Below are positions 25,419 to 39,004 of a DNA stretch of 64,000 nt, piece by piece; positions within the stretch are counted from its first letter, which is position 1; the number at the start of each line of letters is the position of its first letter. Source of the DNA: Octopus sinensis (Eukaryota). The notes under the pieces are model-generated. The model was not told the origin of the DNA. It was given only the letters and a program-made list of their open reading frames with translations, and made no database searches. The position numbers and the translations under genes were made by a program. The stretch spans positions 49,972,001 through 50,036,000 of the forward strand of contig NC_042999.1 in the NCBI RefSeq assembly GCF_006345805.1, read 5' to 3'.

Positions 25419-25429
25419 AAGAGACCCTC

Positions 25430-25690
25430 TTCACACCTAGAAAGTTACCATCCCAAGCACAAGTCCAGGCAAGGTTGTTTGTGGAAGGCCAGCAGTTGCC
25501 CATGCATGCCAGCCTCCCCTCTCCACACCAGTGATGTTATCCAAGGGAAAGGCAAAGTCTGATACAGCTTGGCACCAGTGATGTCGCAACTCATTTCTAC
25601 AGCTGAGTGACCTGGAGCACCATAAAATAAAGTGTCTTGCTCAAGAACACAACACACAGCCCGGTCTGGGAATCGAACTCACAACCTTAC
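25430..25690 (-). mobile_element. SINE family E (tRNA-derived head, TTGAGCAAGACACTT core)
   Basis: Minus strand GTTCGATTCCCAGACCGGG...TTCTTGAGCAAGACACTTT...CAGCTGTAGAAATGAG. Confidence 0.75.
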
Positions 25691-26209
25691 TCTAGATGAA
25701 GAATTCAGAGTTAAAGTTCAAATTCATTTGAGCACTACTGTGTTTTCAATACTGAGCATGTCTGTATATATATATATATATATATACTTGCATGTATAAA
25801 TATTTGTGTTTGAATATATACACACACACACTCAACTGTTTTCCTGTTGTTTCTGTCTACTGAATTCCCTCACATGACTTTGAGTGGGAGGAATCTTTAT
25901 AATTAAAATGGTGGGCTGAAGATCTCTAATGGTTGATGTCAGGCTTTGATATAATCTATGAATGAATTAGTGCATTGCTTGAAGAGGAATAAACTCCTTG
26001 AATTTTCATATATGAAAACCAGGCAATATATTCAAATTATCAGAGACAATAAAATACTCGAACCAAATTTAGATACACTCTAATCCCAATGACTGACTCA
26101 CAATGATTTTATTACTTTAATCTTTAAGATGTCAATCCTTGCCTCACATTTCACAGCAACCTCAAGTCTTGACAAACTTATTAGGGTGCTGCTGTTATAA
26201 ATAGGATAT

Positions 26210-26445
26210 GTATTTCTTAATTGCCCACAGGGGGCTAAACGCAGAGGGGACAAACAAGGACAGACAAAGGGATTAAGCTGATTACTTCAACCCCAGTGCG
26301 TAACTGGTACTTAATTTATCAACCCCGAAAGGATGAAAGTCAAAGTTGACCTTGGCAGAATTTGAACTCAAAACGTAACGGCAGCCGAAATACCACTAAG
26401 CATTTCGCTCGACGTGCTAACGTTTCTGCCAGTTTGCCGCCTTTT
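26210..26445 (-). mobile_element. SINE family C
   Basis: Match to the other family C copies. Confidence 0.85.
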
Positions 26446-26785
26446 ATAAATATGATATGTCCTAGGAATTTTTCAATCTGGTGCAGCCCATCACCCTCCA
26501 GGTTGAACAATAATTGGTTTCTTCCAAAAAGAGAAAGAGAGAGAATAATCAACCTCAGTACAAGACTTAGCTTATCACCCCTGTCCCCACTAAAAGGAGG
26601 AAAGGTGAAGTTAACCTCAGTGGTGTTTGAACTCAAAGTGTAGAGCGTTTCAACAAATTCTGCAAAGCAATCTATTTGATACTCTTGTGACTTGGTCAAT
26701 CTGCTTCCTTATAAACCAGCAGCATGTTAAGGTACAACATGATGAAGAACATGAAAATATATACAAAGAAATGGTCAAACTTATA

Positions 26786-26912
26786 CAGGGTGTCCACAAA
26801 GTCTGGGTACATGGGGATTAACATATACTTCAAGAAATTATTATTTCTTATATTTAATTCTTTATGTTATGATTTTATTTACTCCATGTACCCAGACTTT
26901 GTGGACACCCTG
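26786..26912. mobile_element. Tc1/mariner-type MITE
   Basis: Perfect 29-bp TIR CAGGGTGTCCACAAAGTCTGGGTACATGG; TA target duplication on both sides. Confidence 0.9.
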
Positions 26913-27217
26913 TAGATTATCAAGCATAGTACATTTCTACCCTCCATGTTATGCAACATAATTATATTCATGATGTCATTTTATGATGATGGTGATGACA
27001 ATAATGATGGTGTGTTGATGATAGAACATAAACTATATCAAGAGCAAAGTTTAGACACACACACAACAGGCTTCTGCAGAGTCTCCATCAATCAAACTCA
27101 CTCACAACACACTGGTCAGTCAAAATTTGTAGCAGTAGACACTTGTCTAATTCATGCAAAAAAGGCATCTTAACCTCAGTCATGCCAGCATCTGTAAATT
27201 GTTTTAAACACTCTGGC

Positions 27218-27289
27218 AGCACAGTGGTGCGATGGAAGCATGCTGGGCCCATAACCCAGAGGTCTGTAGATCAAAATTATGCTCTGCTA
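27218..27289 (+). pseudogene. tRNA-iMet(CAT) pseudogene
   Basis: 72 nt; CTGGGCCCATAACCCAGAGGTC anticodon arm intact; acceptor-stem mismatch, T loop ATCAAAA and CpG-type decay. Confidence 0.8.
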
Positions 27290-27301
27290 AGCATACTTCC
27301 T

Positions 27302-27537
27302 TAGGCACAGGAGTGGTTGTGTGGTAAGTTGCTTGTTTACCAACCACATGGTTCCGAGTTCAGTCCCACTGTGTGGCACTTTGGGAAAGTGTCTTCTACT
27401 ATAGCCTCAGGCCAACCAAAGCCTTGTGAGTGGATTTGGTAGATGGAAACTGAAAGAAGCCTGTCATATATATATATATATACACATATATATACATATA
27501 TATATACATATATATACATATATGCATATATATATCA

Positions 27538-27600
<63 letters not shown>

Positions 27601-27798
27601 GTATATGTTTGTGTATCTGTGTTTGTCCCCCCACCATTGCTTGACAACTGATGTTGGTGTGCTAAAATCCCAGTAACTAGTGGTTCAGCAAAAGAGACCG
27701 ATAGAATAAGTACTAGGCTTACAAAGAATAAGTCGATTTCTTTGACTAAATGTGGTGCTCCAGAATAGCTGCAGTGAAATGACCAAAACAAGTAAAAG
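27302..27798 (+). mobile_element. SINE family A with expanded TA microsatellite
   Basis: Full copy. Confidence 0.88.
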
Positions 27799-28253
27799 AA
27801 TTTCTTTTTACCAAGCAAATGATTAATTAAGTTCGACTTTATTTCCTGTCAATTTTAGATATTGATTAATATAATACAGAATAACAGATGACAAAATTTA
27901 TGCAGTACCAAGACAATTTATGTGCACTATCTATCCATCATCGAATAATTAATGACTTCCTTCATTACACAAGGTTATTCCTGGGAGGACTTCAATGAAC
28001 AAAAATGTTCAACAGAAGTCAAATTATGTAAAGTATCCATTTATGTTATTCTAAACTACTACAAACACAAAAATAACCATTTATTATTACACAGGAGAGT
28101 AACTTGGCAGAATTGTTAGAGCACCAGAAAAAACTGCGTTACAGTATGTTCAAACTCTTTGTGTTCCGAATTCAATTCTTATAGGGGTTTCACGTCTCAC
28201 TATAAAGGATCATCAGCCTATAACTAGACACAAACTTATGTTGTGTGAAGTTC

Positions 28254-28618
28254 ATCATCATCATCATCGTTTAACGTCCACTTTCCATGCTAGCATGGGT
28301 TGGACGATTTGACTGAGGTCTGGCGAACCAGATGGCTGCACCAGGCTCCAGTCTTGATCTGGCAGAGTTTCTGCAGCTAGATGCCCTTCCTAACGCCAAC
28401 TACTCTGAGAGTGTAGTGGGTGCTTTTACATGCCACCGGCACGGGGGCCAGTCAGGTGGTACTGGCAACGGCCATGCTCAAATGGTGCTTTTTATGTGCC
28501 ACATGCACAGGAGCCAGTCCAGTGACACTGGCAATGACCTCTCTCGAATGTTTTCTCACGTGCCACCAGCACAAGTGCCAGTAAGGCGACGCAGGTAATG
28601 ATCACACTCAAATGGTGC
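28254..28618 (-). mobile_element. RTE 3' UTR copy (family B)
   Basis: Reverse complement of the conserved tail. Confidence 0.85.
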
Positions 28619-28723
28619 TAGCCTGAAATTATTTGGAAAGGTTTGAATTGATTACATCAATCCCAGTGCTCAACTGGCACTTGTTCTATGTGCTAACTAT
28701 TCTGCCAGCTCACTGTTTTAATA

Positions 28724-28726
28724 ATA

Positions 28727-28778
<52 letters not shown>

Positions 28779-28787
28779 CGATGATGA
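28724..28787. repeat. (GAT)n microsatellite
   Basis: Direct reading. Confidence 0.95.
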
Positions 28788-30252
28788 TTTAGTCTGAAAG
28801 TCAGCAGTTTTGAGAGAAGTGGAATAATCAGTACCATCAACACTATTACTTGACTGTTCGTTTGATTGACCCCCCACCCCACCCCGAGATGAAAGGCAAA
28901 GTCGGCTGTGACAGGGTTTGAACTTAAACTGTAAAAACACAGAAGAACTACCACCTGGCATTTTGTCTGATGATCTAATAATTCTGTCACATCAATAATA
29001 ACAAGAACACTCATAGAACACAGACCTCCATCAAGGCAATACCAACGTCCTCTCAATGATTAACCAGAGATGACTTTTAAAATGAGAATATCTGAAATAA
29101 ACTTGACTGCCCTCACAAATGAGAATACTAAAAATGAACCAAACTGCTCTCAGAAATTAAGTAAAAATCTGGAAAAATAATCCAGAATCCTTGTCTGGTA
29201 CCTGATCAGTCCTAATGGCAGTCATGGAATGTGAAGGTGGCTGTAGAAAATTTAGTAGCAGTAATAAATAGTTTGTCCTTGTCTAATACAAGCCTAAGTT
29301 AACGAATTCACCATTCAAAATAGTTACAGCCTAAAGGGAGATAATTGAGAAAGACTTGAAAGTTAACATAAGATCGTAATCATGTAAAGTAAATATAACA
29401 AATAACCCAGAAGACTACTGAGCTGGATTGACACAGCTTGGCACTAGTGTCATCACAGACATAGCTACCAGAACATAGAGAAACCAGATCAGGTACCACA
29501 AGATATCCCAACTGACTTCCTAACAGTGTAACCAATCCACTGCTCTGGGTTGGTAATCTTTTAACAATCCCAAAAGTATGAATGACAAGGTTGACTTTAG
29601 TGTAATTTGAACTCAGAGTGCAGAGACCTGGAAGAAATACTGTGGGGCATTCTGTCAAATATTCTATTGACACTGCTAATTCTTTACTTCTTTCATATTA
29701 CAAAGCTGCATATAAACCTTATTCAAGGTTGCTGTAATTCAATATAAATCAAAGGCTGTGTCATCTAACTACAAAACCAATAGCTACTCACTTCAGATAG
29801 CATGTAACAGTGAGAAACCAATATTTACTGTTTAGTTTATGAAACCAGGTTTTCTGTTGTCTACAAAGATCATTTGCTAGTGATGTACTGGTGTTATTTG
29901 TAAGAGTAAAACTAGATAGAAACAATTTACCATCACCTTTAGAACTTCTTATATAAAGATGTATCTGATGCAATTATCTCCCCCAGTGACTGTTGTTCTT
30001 ATTGGGTAACAAAGCATTTTTAAATACAAGACTGAATTTTAGCAGAAGTAGAAAATAAAAATAAAATAAAAATACAGAATGAATTGATCTTTACTTGTAA
30101 TATATATTGTTTAGCCAAATTACTTACAGATATGTTCAATTAGAAATAAGGATTTAATTACTTGTATGTCTTAAATCAAAACCTATCTTCATATGCAATA
30201 GAAACCAACAGTGACCAAATATGGTTTTTTGGGTTGGCATAATCAGGAGAAG

Positions 30253-30397
30253 GCGGCAAGCTGGCAGAAACGTTAGCATGCTGGGCGAAATATTTCGATA
30301 AATTAAGTACCAGTTTCGCACTGGGGTCGATGTAATCGACTTAATCCTTTTGTCTGTCCCCTCTATGTTTAGCCCCTTGTGGGTAATAAAGAAATAA
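30253..30397 (+). mobile_element. SINE family C, internally deleted
   Basis: Head joined to tail; flanks AATCAGGAGAAGG and AATCAGCAGGAGAAGG resemble a TSD. Confidence 0.75.
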
Positions 30398-30629
30398 GAA
30401 TCAGCAGGAGAAGGAACATGAATACAATTTGTTCCATTCCAAATAGCTGGAATTTCTTTTCAAGAATAATTTAACATCTAAAAACTTTATGTCAACTACT
30501 CAAATGACTGATCTATTCAACTGAAAATAATTCAGCAACATAAAACTTAACTGCAACTCACAGACAGATTCCAGTTCTTGACCCACAGGTGCATTACCTC
30601 CTCATTAAGCCTTTTTCTAAGTACTATTA

Positions 30630-30865
30630 TATTTATTTCTTTATTGCCCACAAGGGGCTAAAGATAGAGGGGACAAACAAGGACAAACAAAGGGATTCAG
30701 TCGATTAGATCGACCCCAGTGCATAACTGCTACTTATTTAATCGACCCCAAAAGGATGAAAGGCTAAGTCGACCTCAGCGGAATTTGAACTCAGAACACA
30801 GCGGCAGAAGAAATACCGCTAAGCATTTTGTCTGGCATGCTAACAATTCTGCCAGCTCGCCACCC
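30630..30865 (-). mobile_element. SINE family C
   Basis: Full copy. Confidence 0.88.
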
Positions 30866-30954
30866 TAAGTACTATTTTATTAGCCCTTATTCTTCAGAGC
30901 AGGCTAAGTTCATGCTATCTCTACATAGGCATTCTCATCCAACTCATTTCTTCT

Positions 30955-31200
30955 CCACTCATCACCCTTTTTTGTCCAACACCCCCATGCCCTGCACTAA
31001 TCTATATATCCAGCACTTTCTTCTCAGAATTTCATCCCTCTGGAATTCCATCTCCCATGATTCTTTAATTTTTTCACACAGGTGTTGACTTACAAGGATT
31101 CAAAAGGAACATTAATGGCATTAATCTCACTAATCTAGAAGGACCTGTGAAAACCATGGGCACTGCACTTTTCTTCCTTTTACAAACTCTATACAATAAT
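30955..31200 (+). mobile_element. CR1/Jockey-group LINE 3' end
   Basis: PCTNLYIQHFLLRISSLWNSI; CAGGTGTTGACTTACAA shared with the 1.68-kb copy. Confidence 0.65.
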
Positions 31201-32351
31201 CCTCAAAAGTAAAAACACTCACAAAACAAATTCCTCAAACACTACCAACATACAAGTGACTATCTACATTTATCTGTGATTAGTCACAATAAATCTTATG
31301 CAAGTATTATTGGATTGAGACTACACATTCATCAGGTCTTTGAATTCTGAGACTTACATACAATAATTCTCTTGACCAAAAACAAATATTTGAAAATGAT
31401 TATTTTAAAATTCCAGGTGGTTCCTTACTCAACTGGAATTATATTACATTACACTGCTTTACATATTCAGATACACCAAAAAAAAAAAAAAAAGAAAATG
31501 GACAAATTAGAAACAAAAAATAGCAAGTCCAACATTAATACCTGCAGAGTGTACTCAGTACACGCTACAGGTATTAATGCACCTATTAATTAATATATAA
31601 ACTGAAATCTTAAAACCGTATAATCATGTAGGTTTTCATTTTCAATAAGCCTGAGGGAATAAAACTTTATTACCATTACAGCTATCTTAATATAAAATCT
31701 AATATACCTAGAGCTGAAGATATTAGTAACCTAAATTAAACAGGATCCTTTCTTTTTTCAGTGCTTCATTCAAGATTCTACATTAATTTTATTTTCAGTG
31801 ATTTATGCCAAAATATGTTGTCATTCACAGCTAAAATTACTTACATCGACTAAATCTCAGTCACTTCTGCTTTATGCGTTATAAGAGTTACTGGTTTTAT
31901 AAGTATCATTAATCGACACATGAGTATTCTAGAGGTGACTCAATCAATATTTGCTATAATTTTGATGAGAAATTTTCTATTCATAATCATTTTCCCAGCT
32001 TACTTCCTGAAGCCTTAATAACAAAAACCTAACTTTGAGAAAAGCAAAAGAATTCAGCTCTCATTGAGCAAGTGCTGAATTTGAAGTATAGAATTGTGAG
32101 AGAAGTGAGGATGATTATGAAGATGATTACGGTTAGATTAAAGATGCTTATTAAATTGTCTTTAAATAGAAAAGCTTGTATAAGTGGTGAAAATAATGGG
32201 CTGATAATTTTTTTTATATTTGGACCACATGGTATGAATGAATGGTTGGGTTGCAGTTAATTTTGTGATTATGATTGTAATTTATTTATTGGTTAAAATA
32301 TATTTCCAAACAATAATAGTATAAAGTCCTGAGGAGGCGAGGTAGATTATT

Positions 32352-32385
<34 letters not shown>

Positions 32386-32394
32386 ATGGGTGAG

Positions 32395-32686
32395 AGCATG
32401 AGAGAGAGAGAAAATTTATGAATAACAGAAAGAGAAAGTGAGAGATGGAAAGAAACAGAAACAAAAATAATATAAAAAGAGAAAAAGAAACAAATAAGGA
32501 GAAAAGAAAGAAGAAAAAAAGGAATGACAGATCAAGGCAAGAATGACAGAAAGGTTGAAAGACAGAATGAATGAAAGGCAGAAAGAAATAATAGCAAAAA
32601 TCTATGATAGATAGAGAAAGTAAACTGGGAGAGAAATAATGGCAGAAAAATGTGAGAGAGATGGAAGGGAAAAGAGTAAATGAATT

Positions 32687-32719
<33 letters not shown>

Positions 32720-32790
32720 AGGAAAGAGAGAAGAGGAAGTGAGATAAAGACAAAGTAAGACAGTAACAGAGAGAGAGAGAGAGAGATCTG
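32395..32790. repeat. AG/AAAG-rich low-complexity tract
   Basis: Purine-rich simple repeats. Confidence 0.85.
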
Positions 32791-33082
32791 TTGCTTGGTA
32801 ATGTACTTTACTAAGCATGTCCTAGTACAGTAATTTCAAACCTTTTCCATCCACAATACACTGAATGAACTGCTAAAAAGGAAACAAAGCACACCAGCTT
32901 TTAATAAAGGTATACTATGTATAAGTGCAGCCATGACTGTATGGTTAACTTGTTACTTCAAGATCACAGGGTTGCTGGTTCAGTCCCACTATGCACACCA
33001 CTTTTGATAGCCTCTTGTGGTATTGCCACAGAGCAACCAAAGCTTTGTGAATAAATTTTGTTGATGGAAACTACGCTCAAAC

Positions 33083-33126
<44 letters not shown>

Positions 33127-33249
33127 GTACCAGTTGCGTACTGGGGTCGATCTAATTGACTGGACCCTCCAAAAAAAATTTCGGACCTTGTGCCTAGAGT
33201 AGAAAAAGTATATAACATTCTTTGTATCCATGTCATTTATGTTTGCTTC

Positions 33250-33650
33250 TTTTTACTCTTTACTCTTTTACTTGTTTCCGTCATTTGACTGTGGCCATGC
33301 TGGAGCACCGCCTTTAGTCGAGCAAATCGACCCCAGGACTTATTCTTTGTAAGCCTAGTATTTATTCTATTGGTCTCTTTTGCCAAACCGCTAAGTGACG
33401 GGGACGTAAACACACCAGCATCGGTTGTTAAGCGATGTTGGGAGGACAAACACAGACACACAAACATATACACACACATACATATATATGACGGGCTTCT
33501 TTCAGTTTCCGTCTACAAAATCCACTCACAAGGCTTTGGTCGGCTTGAGGCTATAATAGAAGACACTTGCCCAAGGTGCCATGCAGTGGGACTGAACCAG
33601 GAACCATGTGGTTGGTAAGCAAGCTACTTACGACACAGCCACTCCTAGGC
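33250..33650 (-). mobile_element. SINE family A
   Basis: Full reverse copy. Confidence 0.9.
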
Positions 33651-34211
33651 CTTTCTTTTTTTTTTTGTCCTCTTAAAACAGTATGACAGATATTTTGATT
33701 AAAATGATATTTGTTGATGCCATTGATTTTGTAGTAGAATACATCTTACTCTACTGTGAACCAACCAACCGTGAAATATGAGTAGAACCTGTTGTCAGCC
33801 CAGCAAAGTGAGGCAAATAGAGTTATAAAGTGCCTGGCTAATGAACAAAACACAATAGATGTAGTAGTAACAATGTTTGACCTTAAGAATACTTGATCAA
33901 TAGTTCAGTCAGTAATTAACCTTACAGAGATTATATCCTGGTAATGAGCTAGCAATGTAATGAGAATGGAAAAGATCATAGATGGATGAGTTATAAAAGG
34001 TTGCTGGAAATGGATTTGCATCAATGAATTGTATGATTGAAGCAGGAAAACTATTTCATTAACCTTAAAATCACCATCTTCAAAGGTTATAGAAACTTCA
34101 CATAAAAGATATGATACTAACTCTTAAGTGAATGATAGAAAATAGAAATCTTATACAAAAGAAGCAAAGAAAATTTAGATCAAGTTTAGATCATTGGATG
34201 AAATCAGTGGA

Positions 34212-34620
34212 TCATCATCATCATCATCATCATCATCATCGTTTAACGTCCGCTTTCCATGCTAGCATGGGTTGGACGATTTGACTGAGGTCTGGCAAAC
34301 CAGATGGCTGCACCAGGCTCCAATCTGATCTGGCACAGTTTCTACAGCTTGATGCCCTACCTAGTGCCAACCACTCCGAGAGTATAGTGGGTGCTTTTAC
34401 GTGCCACTGGCATGAGGGCCAGTCAGGCAGTACTGGCAACAGCCACGCTCAAAGGGTGCTTTTTATGTGCCACCTGCACAGGAGCCAGAACAGCGACACT
34501 AGTAACAACCTCACTCGGATGTTTTTTTCAAGTGCCACCAACACAAGTGCTAGTAAGGCGACGCAGGTAACAATCACACTCGAATGGTGTTTTTAACATG
34601 CCATTGACACGGAGGCCAGC
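34212..34620 (-). mobile_element. RTE 3' UTR copy (family B)
   Basis: (CAT)n followed by the conserved tail and tandem units. Confidence 0.85.
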
Positions 34621-35320
34621 TTGTTGCTCTGGCAACGATCTCACTTCTATGGTATTCTAAGCACTCCACTATGGATGAAATACTTTGCAGTATTTGTTAT
34701 TATCTTTTACATTTTGAATTCAAATTCCATCTTGGGCAAATTTACCTTCACTTCTTCCAAAGTCAATACAATAAGTATAGGGCAAAGTTCTAGATGCAAT
34801 ACAATTCACTAAAACTTCAAAAGGTAGGATACCATCAGTGCATATAAGCATTAACAGAGCAAGAGAATAAATATTTATATTAATTTGTTTTGCAAGAAGT
34901 TTGATCTGAATCTGTGTGTTGAAACTAACATTGTTATATTTTGGAAGAGTCATATATTATTAAAGCATGTAAACAGTCTCTCCCAAAATGTAACAACAAA
35001 TATTTATTTAGCTTCATACATTGTGGAATTTTAATGGGTAGAAATTGTCGTGCTCCAAGAAACCTTTTGAGGATTACAAATAGCTCTTTGATAGCTGAAA
35101 GATGAAACATTCTGAAAATGTGTAATAAAGACTCATTGAAAATGGACCAATTATATTCATTTGAACTGACTGTATCTGTCATGTGACCATATAAGTTATG
35201 ACTTCTTTAATCATTGCATATGATTGTGTCATGTGATTATGATGATGATGATTTCTAACATAAGCAAAAGGCCATAATTTTGTCGAGAAAGAATAGTTGA
35301 AGAAATCAATCTTAAATATC

Positions 35321-35435
35321 AGTCCCACTGCATGGCACCTTGGGCAAGTGTCTTCTACTATAGCCTCGGGCTGACCAAAGCCTTGTGAGTGGATTTGGTA
35401 GACAGAAACTGAAAGAAGCCCTTCGTATATATGTG

Positions 35436-35466
<31 letters not shown>

Positions 35467-35653
35467 ATCTTGTGTTCCCCCCCCCCAACATCGCTTGACA
35501 ACCAATGCTGGTGTGTTTACGTCCTCGTAACTTAGCGGTTCGGCGAAAGAGAATGATAGAATAAGTATTAGGCTTACAAAGAATAAGTCCTCGACTAAAG
35601 GTAGTGCTCCAGCATGGCCACAGTCAAATGACTGAAACAAGTAAAAGAGTAAA
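35321..35653 (+). mobile_element. SINE family A (5' truncated)
   Basis: Match to family. Confidence 0.85.
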
Positions 35654-35689
35654 AATAGCAATGTGCAGCTGTTAAGAGGCTGCAGTTTC

Positions 35690-36900
35690 TATGGGTATGT
35701 CAACATTCTGCTTAAGAACATAATCAAATGACCATGGATATGAATGAAGAATAGCAATAAATGAAGAATATCAATGGTTTTGAATGGTAATAAAACCAAA
35801 CGGTTCAACTGGTTTAAAGAGTTCTGTAACATGAAAGATGGATTTTGGTCATCAATAATATGGTCTGATGAAAGCAAATTTTTTGAAAATTTTCCCATTC
35901 GTAGCAGAGATATGTGCTGTACCACAAAATTAAAACACAGAAGCTAGATTGTCTACAAGAAACAGTTAAATATGGCAATTAAAGTTATGTTATAGGAGGA
36001 AGTTTGAGCAACAGGTAAACCAGAACCTATTTTTGCTGAAATTATTTAAATAGTCCACAGCAAAATCTATAACCTATCTATTTCAATGTAAGAACTGATA
36101 AGAAGACTACTCTTTTTTCAAGAAGATGGAGTCTCATCTCATAGGGGCAAGGTGTCATGAGTTCGCAAAAGTACTGAATCACTGAATCACTGAAAAAAGA
36201 CTCCTCAAAGCCCCAATCTTATTTCTTTACTTATTGCTTTACTGTCCACAAGGGGCTACACACAGAGGGGACAAACAAGGACAGACAAACAGATTAAGTC
36301 AATTATATTGACTCCAGTGTGTAACTGGTACTTATTTAATTGACCCTGAAAGGATGAAGGACAAAGTCGACCTTGGCGGAATTTGAACTCAGAACGTAGT
36401 GGCAGCTGAAATACCGCTGAGCATTTCGCCCGGCATGCAAATGTTTCTTATTTCTTTACTGTCCACAAGAGGCTACACACAGAGGGGACAAACAAGGAGA
36501 AACAAACGGATTAAATCGATTATATCGACCCCAGTGTGTAACTGGTACTTATTTAATCGACCCTGAAAGGATGAAAGGCAAAGTCAACCATGCCAGAATT
36601 TGAACTCAGAACATAGCGGCAGACGAAATACCGCTAAGCATTTCACCCAACGTGCTAACGATTCTGCCAGCTTGCTGACTTTTCAAAGCCCCAATCTTAA
36701 TCCAAAGGAATACTTATGCGAACACATTGATTGAAGATTACAAGCAAAATTGTCCATAAATTATATCAATTAAAAAGCTATAAAAAGCAGTGACTGACAA
36801 GTAGATACATATGGCTCAACTTATCATTGGTAATTTAATCAAATCCATGCCTAATTGAGTGACATCTACAATATCAGCTAAAGAAGAACTTACAAAATAC
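35690..36900 (+). mobile_element. Degraded Tc1-family transposase remnant, interrupted by a SINE C dimer
   Basis: WSDESKF, ETVKYG, FQEDGVSSH and PQSPNLNP(K)EYLCEHI match Tc1 DD34E motif positions once the insertion is removed. Confidence 0.75.
36222..36682 (-). mobile_element. SINE family C head-to-tail dimer with a single 17-bp TSD
   Basis: TCAAAGCCCCAATCTTA at 36205-36221 and 36683-36699. Confidence 0.9.
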
Positions 36901-37245
36901 TGAGACAAACTTTTATTCATTTTCAATATTTCATGAAAGTATTACAAGTTGAAATAATGTTGTATTTTATTACCCAGCTATAAATTTATTGTAAACCACT
37001 GTACATCATTTCTAATTTCAATTTAACTTCAGTGTCATAAAAATAACTTTAAAGTGAAGTAAATGCAGTCAATCACCTTGTATGTACTATAATTTTTATA
37101 GTATGTACACATGATCTGTAAATTTCAAATACAGAAAACTGTTATAAATTAATACTTAGTATTTTGTCAATAATTTTTATTGATATGTATACAATTTTCT
37201 CAATTTGATTTTTATTTTCTGAAATTTTAAATTGCTAAAACTGTA

Positions 37246-37284
<39 letters not shown>

Positions 37285-37416
37285 ATTGCAATTAGAATAT
37301 TATGCAAAAATATCTGGAGTTGAATACTCTTCATTGAAGGTCTTTGACCAGCTTAAAATTGGTTTTGTGCCTAGTAAAAAAAAACAACAACAAAAAAACA
37401 CAACAACCACCACCAC

Positions 37417-37417
<1 letters not shown>

Positions 37418-37472
<55 letters not shown>
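37418..37472. repeat. (ATT)n microsatellite
   Basis: Direct reading. Confidence 0.95.
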
Positions 37473-37473
<1 letters not shown>

Positions 37474-37665
37474 GTTTCTAATGAGATTTCAAATTTCACT
37501 GCAACATAATTATCACCACTATTATTTTTTATAAAAAGGAGGTGGAATGGTAAAATTAAAAGAGTCTGAAACAAAATGTGCTGTGATACTGAATCCTTTT
37601 ATGTTTTGAGTTTAGATCTTACTGAAACTGTCTTTGCCTCTCATCCTTCTAGGTTCCATAAGATA

Positions 37666-38066
37666 ACTCTCTTTTACTCTTTACTCTTTTACCTGTTTCA
37701 GTCATTTGATTGTGGCCATGCTGGAGTAGCACCTTCGAGCAAATCGACCCCAGGACTTATTCTTTGTAAGCCTAGTACTTATTCTATCGGTCTCTTTTGC
37801 TGAACCATTAAGTTACAGGGACGTAAACACACCAGCATCGGTTGTCAAGCAATGTTGGGGGGACAAACAAACATATACACATACATATATATACTTATAT
37901 ACGACAGGCTTCTTTCAGTTCCCGTCTACCAAATCCACTCACAAGGCTTTGGTTGGCCCGAAGCTATAGTAGAAGACACTTGCCCAAGGTGCCATGCAGT
38001 GGGACTGAGCCCAAAACCATGTGGTTGGTAAGCAAGCTACTTACCACACAGCTACTCCTACGCCTA
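37666..38066 (-). mobile_element. SINE family A
   Basis: Full reverse copy. Confidence 0.9.
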
Positions 38067-39004
38067 TGTAACAGTAATATTTTGACATCAGTATAATCAA
38101 TTATAACTTTTCACCAAATTCATGCCCTTGTCTTGTGCTGTTAGGAATTATAATTATAAAAAGGAATTAAGATCAAAGTTCAATTTGTTCTAATACATAT
38201 TTTTTAACAAGCTCACTGGCTAATCATGACACCAGTGTTTGTTCTGGCACTGTTATTCTATACATCACTGGCAGGAAGATGAGTTGCTGCTATCTCTAGC
38301 AATCAAGTATCCATCATTGACAAGACTAAGGAAGGCCTAAATCATGTGATCTGATGATTCTTAAGCACTGGAGGTGGTAGGGACTTATCTCTCCTCTGGT
38401 GATCTAAACATGGGTGCATTTTGCATCAAAAGCCAGTATGATAGTTTCTCTCATAGTATCCACCAGAGTACAATTTGTTCAAATGGAACAGTCATGTTTA
38501 AGTGGGGATAAATATTACAATATTACCTCTCTAAAGAATGTCTGAAGGGAAGCTTAAAAATGAACTGAGATGCAGAAATTGCAATATCCTTGTGAGCTTG
38601 AAGATACTAATTTTAGGTGGTGAGCTGGTAGAATCATAAAAGCATTAATAAAAATGCTTGGTGGCATTTCTTTCAGCTCTTTACATGCTGAGCTCAAATC
38701 CTGCAAGGTTAATTTCAAAGTGGTTACCAACAAGATTGCAGTCCAATGACTGAAACAAATAAAATATATCTAATATAGTTTAAAAAACAGAATATTCAAA
38801 AATATATTTCCATATGAAATAATAAAGGCACATTCTTATTATCCAATTTGTTAGAGGATTTTTATCGTTTAGTCAGAGGGATCACACTACTTATGCTTTT
38901 ATTGCCTTTTCGGGGCTCTAGAAAGTTGTGGGAGAAGAGAAAATAGCTATCCTTATATCAGAGACCTGGGTCAAATACTTGCCATGCAGTTCTTTTCTTT
39001 TCAT

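Noticed and set aside
29791-29973. Strong minus-strand donor GAA|gtgagt at about 29790
   Set aside because: The phase-1 frame needed to join the PDZ exon has a stop and there is no PDZ-like sequence.
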